DNA of 64,000 nucleotides from Clostridia bacterium (GTDB lineage Bacteria; Bacillota; Clostridia; RGIG6154): NCBI GenBank assembly GCA_017410375.1, contig JAFQQW010000051.1, positions 102,733 to 166,732 of the forward strand, read 5' to 3'. Shown piece by piece: positions 10,217 to 20,095 of this stretch (position 1 is its first letter; each line of letters starts with the position of its first letter). The notes under the pieces were generated by a model. It saw only the letters and a program-made list of their open reading frames with translations, ran no database searches and was not told where the DNA came from. The position numbers and the translations under genes were made by a program.

Positions 10217-10246
10217 TATTCGTCGATTTTCAGTACATATTCGTTA
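10217..10246. repeat. 30-bp imperfect direct repeat, right copy (ttattcgtcgattttcagtacatattcgtt)
   Basis: Matches 7-36; contains internal direct repeat TATTCGT..TATTCGT; overlaps the -35 region of the RHS operon promoter. Confidence 0.7.
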
Positions 10247-10270
10247 AATGTAGTCTTTAAACGATTACTC

Positions 10271-10430
10271 CATAAATTTGACTGATTAACCATAAATTTC
10301 ACGGTTTCTTAAAAATTTGACGATTACCCTATAAATTTCACGAATACCCCATAAATTTCACGAATACCCCATAAATTTCACGATTACTATAAAAGTTTCA
10401 CGATTACTGTTAAAATTTCACGATTTGAAT
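10271..10430. repeat. Tandem array A: 8 units of exactly 20 bp, core AAATTTCACGATTAC (iteron-like)
   Basis: Units start at 10271, 10291, 10311, 10331, 10351, 10371, 10391 and 10411; two are identical (ataaatttcacgaatacccc). Confidence 0.85.
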
Positions 10431-10440
10431 ATAAAAAAAT

Positions 10441-10481
10441 AACCGCTACCCGGAATTTTACGCTCGGATAGCGGTGTTTTT
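10441..10481. terminator. Bidirectional rho-independent terminator (ccgctacccgga...tcggatagcgg, T-runs on both sides)
   Basis: Imperfect 11-bp stem followed by TGTTTTT on plus and TTATTTTTTT on minus. Confidence 0.6.
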
Positions 10482-10520
10482 GTGTATGAAATTATAATGA
10501 GAAGCCCGAAAAATGCTTAA

Positions 10521-10567
10521 ATAAAGGCAAAAATAAAAGGACAACAATTCTATCAAAACCGTTGTCC
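10521..10567 (-). terminator. Hairpin ggacaac-N15-gttgtcc followed by T-rich run on minus strand; a copy of the tRNA-operon terminator seen at 29553-29599
   Basis: 7-bp stem and 15-nt loop, then TTTTATTTTTGCCTTT on the minus strand. Confidence 0.5.
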
Positions 10568-10599
10568 TTATGTGGGTAAAGACCACAACTTTAATAGAA

Positions 10600-10720
10600 A
10601 GTTTCATATTTAACCCGTATGGTTTCAAATTCAAAAATACGGTTTCATTTTCAGAGGTGCGGTTTCATTTAAGTAATTATGGTTTCATTTTAAAAGGTAC
10701 GGTTTCAAATATCATTATTG
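10600..10720. repeat. Tandem array B: 5-6 units of 20 bp with core ACGGTTTCATTT, unique to copy 1
   Basis: Units start at 10621, 10641, 10661, 10681 and 10701, with a degenerate unit at 10600. Confidence 0.8.
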
Positions 10721-11386
10721 TCAGAAAAGTCTTGATTCCATAAAATATAACAATGTCCGCCCCCACTCTTACGCAAATAATCGTACACCCAACAAAGCAG
10801 AAAGCATGTTTTTCGCTAAACAAAGCCAATAATATAAAAAAGCAATCGAACACATCCGGTTCGATTGTAATTTTTTTATTCAAACTAAATCAGGCAAATA
10901 TTAATAGGGATGAAAAGGACAGCTTTACGCTGCCCTTTTCTGTCTGTTTGCTTTTAAAGCAATCCGATTCTTACATGCAACAGATAAACACGTAAAAAGT
11001 TCTGACATAAGGGTGAATTGTTCCTTGCATGAATACAAGCAAAAGTGCAAAGAAAATTAAAATGCCGGATTGTTTTTTAGTTGATATACATATCATGGAT
11101 TATGTATAAATTGTACCGTCAAAAACAAGAAAATCCGGTGCAAGGTGACGAAGCTTGCAACATTTCTCCGTCGCTGTCTTTTGGTTAGGAAGACCGAAAA
11201 GTTGGTTAGGTTTTTCGGACAGAAAAGTTTGAATTTTCATAATATTTAGCGCAGATAAGGAAGGTTGAGTATATTTTACGAGCAAAGGCTAGCAACCTCT
11301 TTGCCGCCCCTTAGGCGTAAGGGGAATTTCTTTATCTGAGCCATGCAAACAAGGATTCATTTCCTTGGTGCAGACAAAATTATCGT

Positions 11387-13693
11387 TCATTCAACAGGGT
11401 TCACCAAAACCTCTGTCATAGGAACCATGGTTGTGCCACCTGTACCTGCACCTGTATAGGGGGTGTAACCCCATACAATAGCTTTTTCATCATCTTTAAG
11501 TGTCAAAAAGTAGGGCTTGCCTACTGTTACATACACATCTTCTGCAGAAGAAATGGAAACAAACTTACCATTCTCATCCACTTTATATGTTGCAACAAAA
11601 ACATGCTTGCCACCATCGGTATAAAGTTGCCATTTGTTATCTTCAGCAATGTATCTTGACTTAAGTTCAGATGTAGTAGAACTGTTTGTAATCCAAACAT
11701 TGGAGAAATCATATCCCTCCTGCTGAATTCTGTAGGGGTGATTAATAACAGTTCCATCGGGAAGTGTTACGTGTAACGGTGTTGAGCCTTGGTTCGCATA
11801 AGTCACACCATACATCTGAACGCCGTGTGTTCCGCTTCTTATAACTGTACCGTCGTAATATGCGCCGTCAAAATAAACCCGTGAACCTTTAGGGATTGTT
11901 ACTGTTACACCGGCTAACGAGGAGTCGGTATAAGTTTTCTCAAAATCTGCTTTAACCACCGCATAACCACTCACTTTGGCATCTTTCAAGGCGTCATCAA
12001 CGTAGTCCGATCCGTTATGGACAAAAGAAAGAGCACTTGTTTTCAGCGATGATGTTGTGGTAAAGCAAGTCTTCATACCACCATCGCTGCTACCATGGAT
12101 ACTTAAGATATCTGACATTTTAACAGGCGAAAAATTTGTTACATCGACAGTTTCAGGGAATGTTGCCGTAATTTCTTCACCGCCATAAAGCGTCCATTTG
12201 TCATAATTGGTAATAGTTGTACCATTGAGTTTGACATTAATGACAGCATTATAGGTGCTTTTATTGCTTGAAGTGATAACCCCTGCCTTGACAAGTGCAT
12301 CCGCAACAGTTACATTGTCTACAATTTCGCCGTCAAAGTCGGTATACGAAACAGTAAGTATACTATCAGCATCAATACTTGACACATCATAATTTGTGCC
12401 ATTAACCTTAATGGTGGCATTAACCGGATCGGGTAAAACCAAAGGTGTCGTTGTAGCTTCATATAAAAAGTCCAAATTTGCCTGAGTAGGAATATTCGCC
12501 GCAGCATATTCCCAACCTACCGTCTGGTTTATGGTATCAACATATTCTGTAGGAACCAACGCAATTGCACTCAAACGGTCATAAGTATCATACTTATACT
12601 GTTCTACTATAAGCACATCGCCTTTTTTAAGCTCAACTGTTCCGCTTGCTGCATCCCACATCCAGGAAGGTGCACCCATCCATTCTTCTTTTGTATCAAC
12701 TGAATATTTATCAAACTTGAAAGCAACACCATTAATATTGGCTGCCGCACCACGATTTTGGTTAGCACCAGACTTGTAAACTGTTCTTAAACCGAACGCT
12801 GTATATGTTTCTGTAGCGGGTGCTATAAAACTTCCGGCCATATAATGTCCTGTAGCTAAGTTTCCTGTAAAAGTAAGATTTGCCACTGTTCCGTTTGTAG
12901 AACCCATCGCATTTGCAGAGAAGAACAATGTTCCTTCAGGGAAAATGCCGGATTCAACTGATACGCCTTCACTGTAATCCTCTCCTGCATACGCACTAAG
13001 AGAAATATCATAGCCCTTATTGCTTACAGCTACAAAGTCATAGCCTGTCGGTTCTCCACCTGACAATCTGTCATATCCACCAACCAGTTCAGCTTCCTGT
13101 TCAGCTGTAAGGGTAACAAAATCTGCTTCGGTAAAAGTAACAGCCTCTGTTTCATCTCCTGATATTTTGCCCTCGTCAAGTTTCTTAACTGTACCTGAAA
13201 CAATAGCTTCTACAAAATTTGCGGGTTTTGCTTCCAAAACTACTCTTGTATAAACACCGTTTTGTGTTACGCCACCGCGCAACGCTTCAACTTCAAGATC
13301 TTTAAATTCAAACTCCGTGATTTCACCATAATGCATAATCTTTGATGCTTCATTGGATAAAGCGGGATCATACTCAGTGTTTTTAATTTTGAATTTTCCG
13401 CTAATAACCAGACCGTCATAGGCTGAACCGTTAGTTTCTACTCTTGATTGAAGTTTTGTAACATCAAGTCCAAGCGTATTAGCGCTTGCAGCTGAAATAA
13501 CAAGACTTAGACAACTGTTTCCGACACCTGTACCTTCACAAATGATATCAACCGAAGTGCCGTCAGTAGGTAATGTCAATGATGCATTTGGTTTTGTGAC
13601 TGTTGCCGCAAATCCAGGCATAACTGTAAACAGCACACAAACTCCTATGAATACGGCTACAATTCTTTTACTAAATTTCATAAACATTTTCAC
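11387..13693 (-). CDS. Secreted 768-aa protein of unknown function with a signal peptide
   Basis: N-terminal MKMFMKFSKRIVAVFIGVCVLFTVMPGFA; long beta-rich sequence; no recognizable catalytic motif. Confidence 0.7.
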   Translation of the reverse strand: MKMFMKFSKRIVAVFIGVCVLFTVMPGFAATVTKPNASLTLPTDGTSVDIICEGTGVGNSCLSLVISAASANTLGLDVTKLQSRVETNGSAYDGLVISGKFKIKNTEYDPALSNEASKIMHYGEITEFEFKDLEVEALRGGVTQNGVYTRVVLEAKPANFVEAIVSGTVKKLDEGKISGDETEAVTFTEADFVTLTAEQEAELVGGYDRLSGGEPTGYDFVAVSNKGYDISLSAYAGEDYSEGVSVESGIFPEGTLFFSANAMGSTNGTVANLTFTGNLATGHYMAGSFIAPATETYTAFGLRTVYKSGANQNRGAAANINGVAFKFDKYSVDTKEEWMGAPSWMWDAASGTVELKKGDVLIVEQYKYDTYDRLSAIALVPTEYVDTINQTVGWEYAAANIPTQANLDFLYEATTTPLVLPDPVNATIKVNGTNYDVSSIDADSILTVSYTDFDGEIVDNVTVADALVKAGVITSSNKSTYNAVINVKLNGTTITNYDKWTLYGGEEITATFPETVDVTNFSPVKMSDILSIHGSSDGGMKTCFTTTSSLKTSALSFVHNGSDYVDDALKDAKVSGYAVVKADFEKTYTDSSLAGVTVTIPKGSRVYFDGAYYDGTVIRSGTHGVQMYGVTYANQGSTPLHVTLPDGTVINHPYRIQQEGYDFSNVWITNSSTTSELKSRYIAEDNKWQLYTDGGKHVFVATYKVDENGKFVSISSAEDVYVTVGKPYFLTLKDDEKAIVWGYTPYTGAGTGGTTMVPMTEVLVNPVE

Positions 13694-13820
13694 TCCTTAT
13701 AAAATATTTACATCCGATGGCTAAGCGGATGCTCAACCTATGTTTTCAACTGAAACCAAGTTAAAATTTACAGCTAAAAACATAGGAATGACCCTAAAAA
13801 TAAATTGTACAGTTAGGTTC

Positions 13821-14615
13821 TTATTTGTTTTTACTTTCAAGAACATCTACAAATTCAACTAAGTTGTCAACCATCTCACTGCATACCTTTTCTCCGATTT
13901 CGCAGCTGGCACGTTCAGGAAATCCCATAACACCCACTTTGATTTCATCACGCTGTCCCACTTTTTCTACCACGAACGGGCTTTCGATGTTTTTTTCTCT
14001 TTTTTCAAACCAGTCCTGGTCGGTACGCATCATTTTAGATGTATATTCATCATCCATGTAAATTTCATTCCTAACCAGTTCAGGCTTCCAATACATCATA
14101 AGAGATGTTTCAATCAAGCCCGCATGAAAATCGTGTTCAGGCTCCATAGCAAACCCTCCAAGCCAGGTCGGCGATAAATTCCAACATTCAACCAATGCCA
14201 ATGTTATTTTCTCTGCAAGTTTTTCATCTCTTCTCAAAAGCATCTCCAATGTACTTTTGAGAGCATTCTTGTTGTCCGTTCCTGCGTGGCCCAAAAGAAC
14301 AATTATGTTTTTAAAACCCATTCTCACAAATTCAGAACATATTTCAGAAATCATCAATCCAAATGTGTTAGGGCTGACATTTACAGTTCCAAGCAATGTT
14401 CCGCCTGAAAAGCAGTACGGCAAAGCAGGTGCAACAACTGCATTTAACCTGTCCCCAGCACAGCGTGTAAGCTGAACAGAATTGTGAATATCTGTGCTTA
14501 ACGGCAGATGATATCCGTGCTGTTCAACAACTCCGACAGGTATAATAACCGTGTTTGTCTTTTGCATTGCAAGTTCCATATCACGAACTGTCATTTCTTC
14601 CATATAAAACGCCAT
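13821..14615 (-). CDS. Creatininase (creatinine amidohydrolase) family protein
   Basis: N-terminal VIIPVGVVEQHGYHLPLSTD and LLGHAGTDNKN motifs, characteristic of the family. Confidence 0.75.
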   Translation of the reverse strand: MAFYMEEMTVRDMELAMQKTNTVIIPVGVVEQHGYHLPLSTDIHNSVQLTRCAGDRLNAVVAPALPYCFSGGTLLGTVNVSPNTFGLMISEICSEFVRMGFKNIIVLLGHAGTDNKNALKSTLEMLLRRDEKLAEKITLALVECWNLSPTWLGGFAMEPEHDFHAGLIETSLMMYWKPELVRNEIYMDDEYTSKMMRTDQDWFEKREKNIESPFVVEKVGQRDEIKVGVMGFPERASCEIGEKVCSEMVDNLVEFVDVLESKNK

Positions 14616-14664
14616 AAATTCACTTTCCTCTTTTTTCTTCGATATGTATAGAGAACATCTTCTA

Positions 14665-17600
14665 TTAATCAGGATATACTAATGTGATTTTAAATTTATT
14701 ACGCTTGTCATCTGATGTCCTGTATGATGATGCCGGCATTTCAGCAGTAGGCTCAATATACAAAGTGAAGTTTGTCGGATCATTCGGTCGTGATTCATTA
14801 CCGAAAACAGATGTTTCAACAGTAATTGTCTTATTTGTTTCAATGTTTGTAAACTCAACAATTGCTTTTACATTTTGTAAAACATTATCACTGATTTCAA
14901 ATTTGCCTCTAAACTGGTCAAGTGGAACAGCAAAACGCAACTTATTGTTTCCTGAACCCGCACCTGCATATTTAATTTCAAAAGGCTCAAATTCAGGTAA
15001 TGCACTTGAAACACTCGGCAGATTTGCTTTATTAGGATCATAAATTGGCTTCAACTTACTTTCAAAGCCGTCTGCTTTGGACTTTTGAGCAGACATAAGT
15101 GTTCCGCCACCTAATTTCTCTTTTATTCCATCAGTCTTTTCAACCGAAATAGTGTATTCAAACTTTGCATCCACGTCATTTACAGGAATAATAAACTCAT
15201 AAGGATATTCCTTATTTACAATCGTTTCAGTCTTTCCGTTCACTGTGTATTTGAGTGTTGCACTATTTGCTCTGTACTCTGATTTTGCTGTTCCGGGTTC
15301 TTTTCCGTCGGCATCAGTTACATAGATAAACGCATAATATTTATCAGGTGTGAGCTGCAATACATATCCTCTGCCACGATTGTGTTCGGAAACAGTTCCT
15401 CCTAAATCAGAACCATTCACAAAATTGCCTTTTTCAGCATAATTCGGAACTTTGATTGTCGGAATATCGAGTGCTACTGTTGTAATTCCTTTTGCAGGAA
15501 TTGTAATGGTAAACTTACCGTTAACAACCTCAGTTGTTGATTTGTTTCCTTTAGCATCATAAACTGTTGCAGCTCCTGAATAAGATGCACCGCCTTCAAC
15601 TTTTTCACCTAATGTGATGGTAGAGGTTACATCTCCTTTATCGGTGTTCATAAACGCAACTGCAAGCTTTCCCTCTTTTCTTGCAGGCAAGTAGTTGAGC
15701 AATACAGTGTCAGCTTCCACGATACCTCTGTCGTTCCATATCCACATATCTTCTAAATCATAAACCTTACCGGGTTCATAGCCATAGGCATTCTGACCAA
15801 AATATGCATAGCTTTCATGTCTTACGCTCGGAAAATTAATTGCCTGATCTGAACGAGCCCACGCATCTGTGATTAAGAAATCTTCAACAAAACCTAAGAA
15901 TGTCGGAATGTGGTGATAATAAAGCTGTGTTGTATCAGGTCCAACATAAGGATAATCAGGTTTCATCTGATGAACGCTGTATGTCCACACATAGTAACCG
16001 GGATAGTTTGCATATCTGCCGATGATAGCATTTTTAGCTAAATCATAGAAATATTCTTCACCTGTGTACTCAGAAAGTCTTACCATATCAGCTGCCCACG
16101 CAGACATTACCTGACATCCCGAGTCTGCAATTTCGTGACCTGTACCCGACTCAATACCTATACCTACACGAGTCGGCAACCATCCGGGAACTGTTTCTTC
16201 TTCAGGAAGAAGCTCTGTTTCTTTGCCGCGAAGTGTCCATTGTTCTTCACCATGCCAGTAGTGGCTGGCAGCAGTTGCAACCGCACCCGAGTGTTCTAAT
16301 ACTTCTTCACGCTTGATTACAATATCTTTATCAGATTTTCCGTCCTGAAAACCCATTGTAAAGGTTGTCGCCGCAAGCATTCTGCCTGTTTTCTCAGCAG
16401 CGTCAAGATATTTTTGTTCTCCTGTAATTTCATAAAGGCCAAGCAAAGTTGAAAGGTTGGGATAAAAATCAATATTTGTAAATTTCACCCAGTCTCTTTC
16501 ACTTGTCATATATTCTTCGTTTCCCAAAGTAGCTTCAATGTACGCATCACCATATTTTTTAGCTTCATCAAGATATTTTTGTTCTCCTGTTACCTGATAA
16601 AGTGTTATAGCGTTAAGTGTTGTATGGAATGGACCGATATTTGCACCACCTGCAACACCCATTTCTTCAGCAAGTCCTAACATAAACGGTGACTGACCTT
16701 GTGTAAGATTGTATGCACCTACATATGTACTTGATGGGAAGGATCGGTTATATCCACCTGTTGCAATCGGCAAGTTGGGCGTATACATTGTGTTCATATC
16801 CATTGAACGCTTAAAATGATAGTAATTTCTGCCAATCAGATTAGCGAGTGTCGGAATTGCTCGTTTTTCTAAAATATCTTCGTTACCTGTAAGTAAAAAT
16901 CTCTGTGTTGCAGCTAATGGTGTAGAAAGTGTTGAAACACCTTTCGCTTCTTCGTTCCAATGTGCTTTGTGGATATCATCCCATCCGCCGTACCAATCAT
17001 CCATCATAAGATCGGTTGCATTATAAATTGCATCATTAAGCGAAGCATAGTAATTGTTTCTTCCGTCATGGTAATTATAATAGTTTGTGACAATACTCTT
17101 GTAAGATTCGAACCAATCTTTCAATTCATTTACAGGTCTGTAGGTAAATGAATATGTGTCACCGGGATTGAATTTTGCATTTTCATATCCCATAATCGGT
17201 GCTGCAATTACACCAAGCAAACCTTGCGACGCACCTCTTAAGCCACCCATGAATGTTGAATTTGAATCATAAGTCCAATCAGGAATCAATGAACCTTCAA
17301 CCGCAACACCTCTTGTCAAAGGTTTGTTAAATCCTGTTTTATCCGAAGCGATAGTTACAGTTGATATAGGTGTAAACATATATTTAGCAATAACCATTTT
17401 AGCACTATCAGGAGCACGTCTTTCAATTGAAATAAACGGCATTGTAACAGCGTCCATATCGCTGTCAATTACTTCTCCGCCATTTGACATAACAAAAGAA
17501 TAGTTACCTTTCTGTGAGAAAGTTGCATTAAGTGTTACCTTCGGCGCATCAGCCAAACTGTCAAACTCCCATGTTTCAACTACAGATGCACCGTTTACAT

Positions 17601-20061
17601 CGTCATAGTAAACCTTAACACTATCTCCCACCTTTTCAGCTTTAGACGGGATTAACCAAGTATTTTCTCCCATTTTATAAAGCTGATTGGTCTGAAATTC
17701 AAACTCCTTATCATTGTTGTTAAACTTAACCTGCGCCATATAATGACCCGTTAAAGAGCCAGGTGTTGATGCTTCATCACTTTTAAGCTGTAACAAACCG
17801 AATTGCTCGGTTTTCGCTTTTGCAACAAGCCAGTTACCGTTATCATTAAGCAGGATTTCGTTCTGGATAAACTGCTTTCCGTTACCATCATTTACTGTAT
17901 AGAAATTAACTTTCACTTTATCAGAAGAAATTGAAACAGTTTCAGTTGCAGCAAGTTCCTCCGTTGCCCATCTGGGGAAAGTAACAACCTCAGCAGTTGC
18001 CGAAGGATCAACTTTTGTCGCAAGACCGAGTAAAGTTTCGTGGCTGTTTGAGGGAACATTCACCAAATCAGATGTAATATAGATACCCGCAAGACGAGCA
18101 AAGAAGCCTGATGTATCAAGAACTTCTACAACATTTTCACCCTTGTTTAAATGAACTATACCGCCATCTTCCCAACGATAGCCTGTTTTTCCGTGCTGAC
18201 CATATCTTCTTGCTGTTTCTTTTCCATTCACATGAACATCAAAGGAACGAGTACCCTGCTGATTTGTTTCAAAGTCGCGGGCACGAACCCAGATTTTGTA
18301 GTCGCCCTCTTTTGCTACCTGAAATTTACATACTGCAGGCTTTGTGTTTCTTGCATCTGCATCCTCAATTGTAACCTCTGCACCGCCCGTATATTCAGGC
18401 TGTGTGCCGATTAAAGTTCCTGAACCGTCCGATAATTTGGTTTCAGGTTTCCATGTGCCATAAGTGTTATATGAATTGTCCATGATATAGTAAGCAGTTG
18501 CAGGAATAACAGCTTTGATTGTTACAACCTGGTTGTCGTTATCCCATTCTACATCTGCACCATATGCTTCTGAAATAAAACGAAGCGGAACAAGTGTTCT
18601 GTCATTGATTAAAACTGCAGACTGATCAATTTTAGTCGGTTTGCCGTCAACTACTGCAATATCAGAACCGATAGTTACAGAAACCTTTTTACCATTTCTG
18701 TCACCTGTTGCAGTTTCAGAATCGTTGTTCCAACTTACATCACAGCCTAATGCCTCAAAAATCGCACGCATCGGCACCATTGTTCTGTCATTAATAAGCA
18801 TTGGTGGAACATCAAATGTCATCCATTCACCATTAAATTTAACTGCGATTTCAGTGTCCGGTCTGTCTGCTAATCTGTTTGTTTCTTCAATTGTAATCTT
18901 TGATGCGTCATAAGCATATTCTGTTTCTAATTTAACGAGTTCTTCTGCTGTGTTACCGGGAAAGAAATCCAAATCGTTTGTGATTACGATTAAATCAAAA
19001 CGACCGAATTTTCCGTTATCTTTAATAGACAAAAGGTTTTCGCCGCTTGTTACATATTTAGGCAACATCTGTTCCCAAGTCCAACCTTCTTCACAGTGTG
19101 CTCCACCTTTACCAATATTCTGACCGTCAAAGATTACACCAAAAATTCTTTCTCCCGGGCTTGATGTTGCAAAATCTCTGGAATGAACAAATATTTTGTA
19201 TGTACCGTCTTTCGGTGTTTTGAAAACAAAATTTGCAGATGCTGTACCCTCGCCTGAATCCACCATAACCTGTTTACGATATGAGTTAAAAGGTTCGCCC
19301 TGCTGTAACATCCAACCGCCCTTATCTTCAAACATTTCGGGTGTAATAACAAAATAATCACAACCGTTTTTGAAGTTCATATTAGTTGCTGCAGATTTAG
19401 GCAACAAAGCATTCGGCAATGCACCTTCTACTGGCGGTTTTTCCTCTGTTTCAACCACTTTGTTGATATCATAAGCATATTTAATTTCCATTTCAACCAT
19501 TTCGTTTTGAATATTGCTTGGAAAGAATTTTTTATCATCTGTGATTACAACAAGGTCGAAACGAGCCGATTTCTGCTTGTCTGCAAAGGAAATGATGTGT
19601 CCACCTTTTGTAAGCGCTTTTGCATCCATCTTTTCCCATGCCCAGCCTTCTAACTTATGCTGTCCGGCTGTTCCGATTTTTTCGCCATCCAAAAGTACAT
19701 CAAAATTTCTGGAACCGGGATTGTTTTCAGCGAAATCTCTGGAGTGAACAAATACCGTATATTCCCCATCTTTAGGAATTGCAATATTTAAACTTGCATC
19801 CTTTAAGACTTTGTCTGCATCTGAGTCCTGCATTGACTTAGCACGATGGCTCTGGTAAGCCCCTCCATTCTGAAGAAACCAACCGCCAAGACTTTCATTC
19901 TTGAACATTTCAGGAGTAATTACAATATATGTATTATCCGCATTGAATTTCATATTACTGCCACTCTGTGCAGGAAGCAAAGCATCTGCGGCAAAAGATG
20001 TTGCAGGAATCATTCCCACAAACATCGCAAGTAATACAAGTGTAGCTACTATCTTTTTCAT
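14665..20061 (-). CDS. Giant secreted protein (1798 aa) with three CBM-like domains, two copper-amine-oxidase-N-terminal-like stalk domains, and an uncharacterized ~850-aa core paralogous to the 1666-aa protein
   Basis: Signal peptide MKKIVATLVLLAMFVGMIPATSFA; repeats ending ARFDLVVITDD / GRFDLIVITND / ARLAGIYITSD; NDRTMVPMRAIFEALG and NDRTLVPLRFISEAYG motifs; core alignment to 23432-28423 (FANYPGYY, YYHHxP, EYPYEFIIPV). Confidence 0.85.
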   Translation of the reverse strand: MKKIVATLVLLAMFVGMIPATSFAADALLPAQSGSNMKFNADNTYIVITPEMFKNESLGGWFLQNGGAYQSHRAKSMQDSDADKVLKDASLNIAIPKDGEYTVFVHSRDFAENNPGSRNFDVLLDGEKIGTAGQHKLEGWAWEKMDAKALTKGGHIISFADKQKSARFDLVVITDDKKFFPSNIQNEMVEMEIKYAYDINKVVETEEKPPVEGALPNALLPKSAATNMNFKNGCDYFVITPEMFEDKGGWMLQQGEPFNSYRKQVMVDSGEGTASANFVFKTPKDGTYKIFVHSRDFATSSPGERIFGVIFDGQNIGKGGAHCEEGWTWEQMLPKYVTSGENLLSIKDNGKFGRFDLIVITNDLDFFPGNTAEELVKLETEYAYDASKITIEETNRLADRPDTEIAVKFNGEWMTFDVPPMLINDRTMVPMRAIFEALGCDVSWNNDSETATGDRNGKKVSVTIGSDIAVVDGKPTKIDQSAVLINDRTLVPLRFISEAYGADVEWDNDNQVVTIKAVIPATAYYIMDNSYNTYGTWKPETKLSDGSGTLIGTQPEYTGGAEVTIEDADARNTKPAVCKFQVAKEGDYKIWVRARDFETNQQGTRSFDVHVNGKETARRYGQHGKTGYRWEDGGIVHLNKGENVVEVLDTSGFFARLAGIYITSDLVNVPSNSHETLLGLATKVDPSATAEVVTFPRWATEELAATETVSISSDKVKVNFYTVNDGNGKQFIQNEILLNDNGNWLVAKAKTEQFGLLQLKSDEASTPGSLTGHYMAQVKFNNNDKEFEFQTNQLYKMGENTWLIPSKAEKVGDSVKVYYDDVNGASVVETWEFDSLADAPKVTLNATFSQKGNYSFVMSNGGEVIDSDMDAVTMPFISIERRAPDSAKMVIAKYMFTPISTVTIASDKTGFNKPLTRGVAVEGSLIPDWTYDSNSTFMGGLRGASQGLLGVIAAPIMGYENAKFNPGDTYSFTYRPVNELKDWFESYKSIVTNYYNYHDGRNNYYASLNDAIYNATDLMMDDWYGGWDDIHKAHWNEEAKGVSTLSTPLAATQRFLLTGNEDILEKRAIPTLANLIGRNYYHFKRSMDMNTMYTPNLPIATGGYNRSFPSSTYVGAYNLTQGQSPFMLGLAEEMGVAGGANIGPFHTTLNAITLYQVTGEQKYLDEAKKYGDAYIEATLGNEEYMTSERDWVKFTNIDFYPNLSTLLGLYEITGEQKYLDAAEKTGRMLAATTFTMGFQDGKSDKDIVIKREEVLEHSGAVATAASHYWHGEEQWTLRGKETELLPEEETVPGWLPTRVGIGIESGTGHEIADSGCQVMSAWAADMVRLSEYTGEEYFYDLAKNAIIGRYANYPGYYVWTYSVHQMKPDYPYVGPDTTQLYYHHIPTFLGFVEDFLITDAWARSDQAINFPSVRHESYAYFGQNAYGYEPGKVYDLEDMWIWNDRGIVEADTVLLNYLPARKEGKLAVAFMNTDKGDVTSTITLGEKVEGGASYSGAATVYDAKGNKSTTEVVNGKFTITIPAKGITTVALDIPTIKVPNYAEKGNFVNGSDLGGTVSEHNRGRGYVLQLTPDKYYAFIYVTDADGKEPGTAKSEYRANSATLKYTVNGKTETIVNKEYPYEFIIPVNDVDAKFEYTISVEKTDGIKEKLGGGTLMSAQKSKADGFESKLKPIYDPNKANLPSVSSALPEFEPFEIKYAGAGSGNNKLRFAVPLDQFRGKFEISDNVLQNVKAIVEFTNIETNKTITVETSVFGNESRPNDPTNFTLYIEPTAEMPASSYRTSDDKRNKFKITLVYPD

Positions 20062-20095
20062 CTACTTATCCTCCTTTTATATAAACAATCCCTAT

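Larger units (their letters stand above)
10261..10585. repeat. Composite ~320-bp repeat element, copy 1: 20-bp tandem array, bidirectional terminator, A-rich spacer, second hairpin. Copy 2 is at 29336-29608
   Basis: Direct-orientation homology with 29336-29608; a 61-bp block is identical and the rest ~90%; the copies differ in tandem-unit number. Confidence 0.8.

Noticed and set aside
10271-10430. Possible CRISPR array (regular short direct repeats)
   Set aside because: Units are 20 bp and contiguous with no unique spacers. There are no cas genes. A second, different 20-bp array lies adjacent. This fits iteron-like or regulatory tandem repeats better
11290-11330. Hairpin ccccttaggcgtaagggg downstream of the 768-aa gene as a terminator
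   Set aside because: The stem is present but the T-run is weak on the relevant minus strand. It was left unannotated as uncertain
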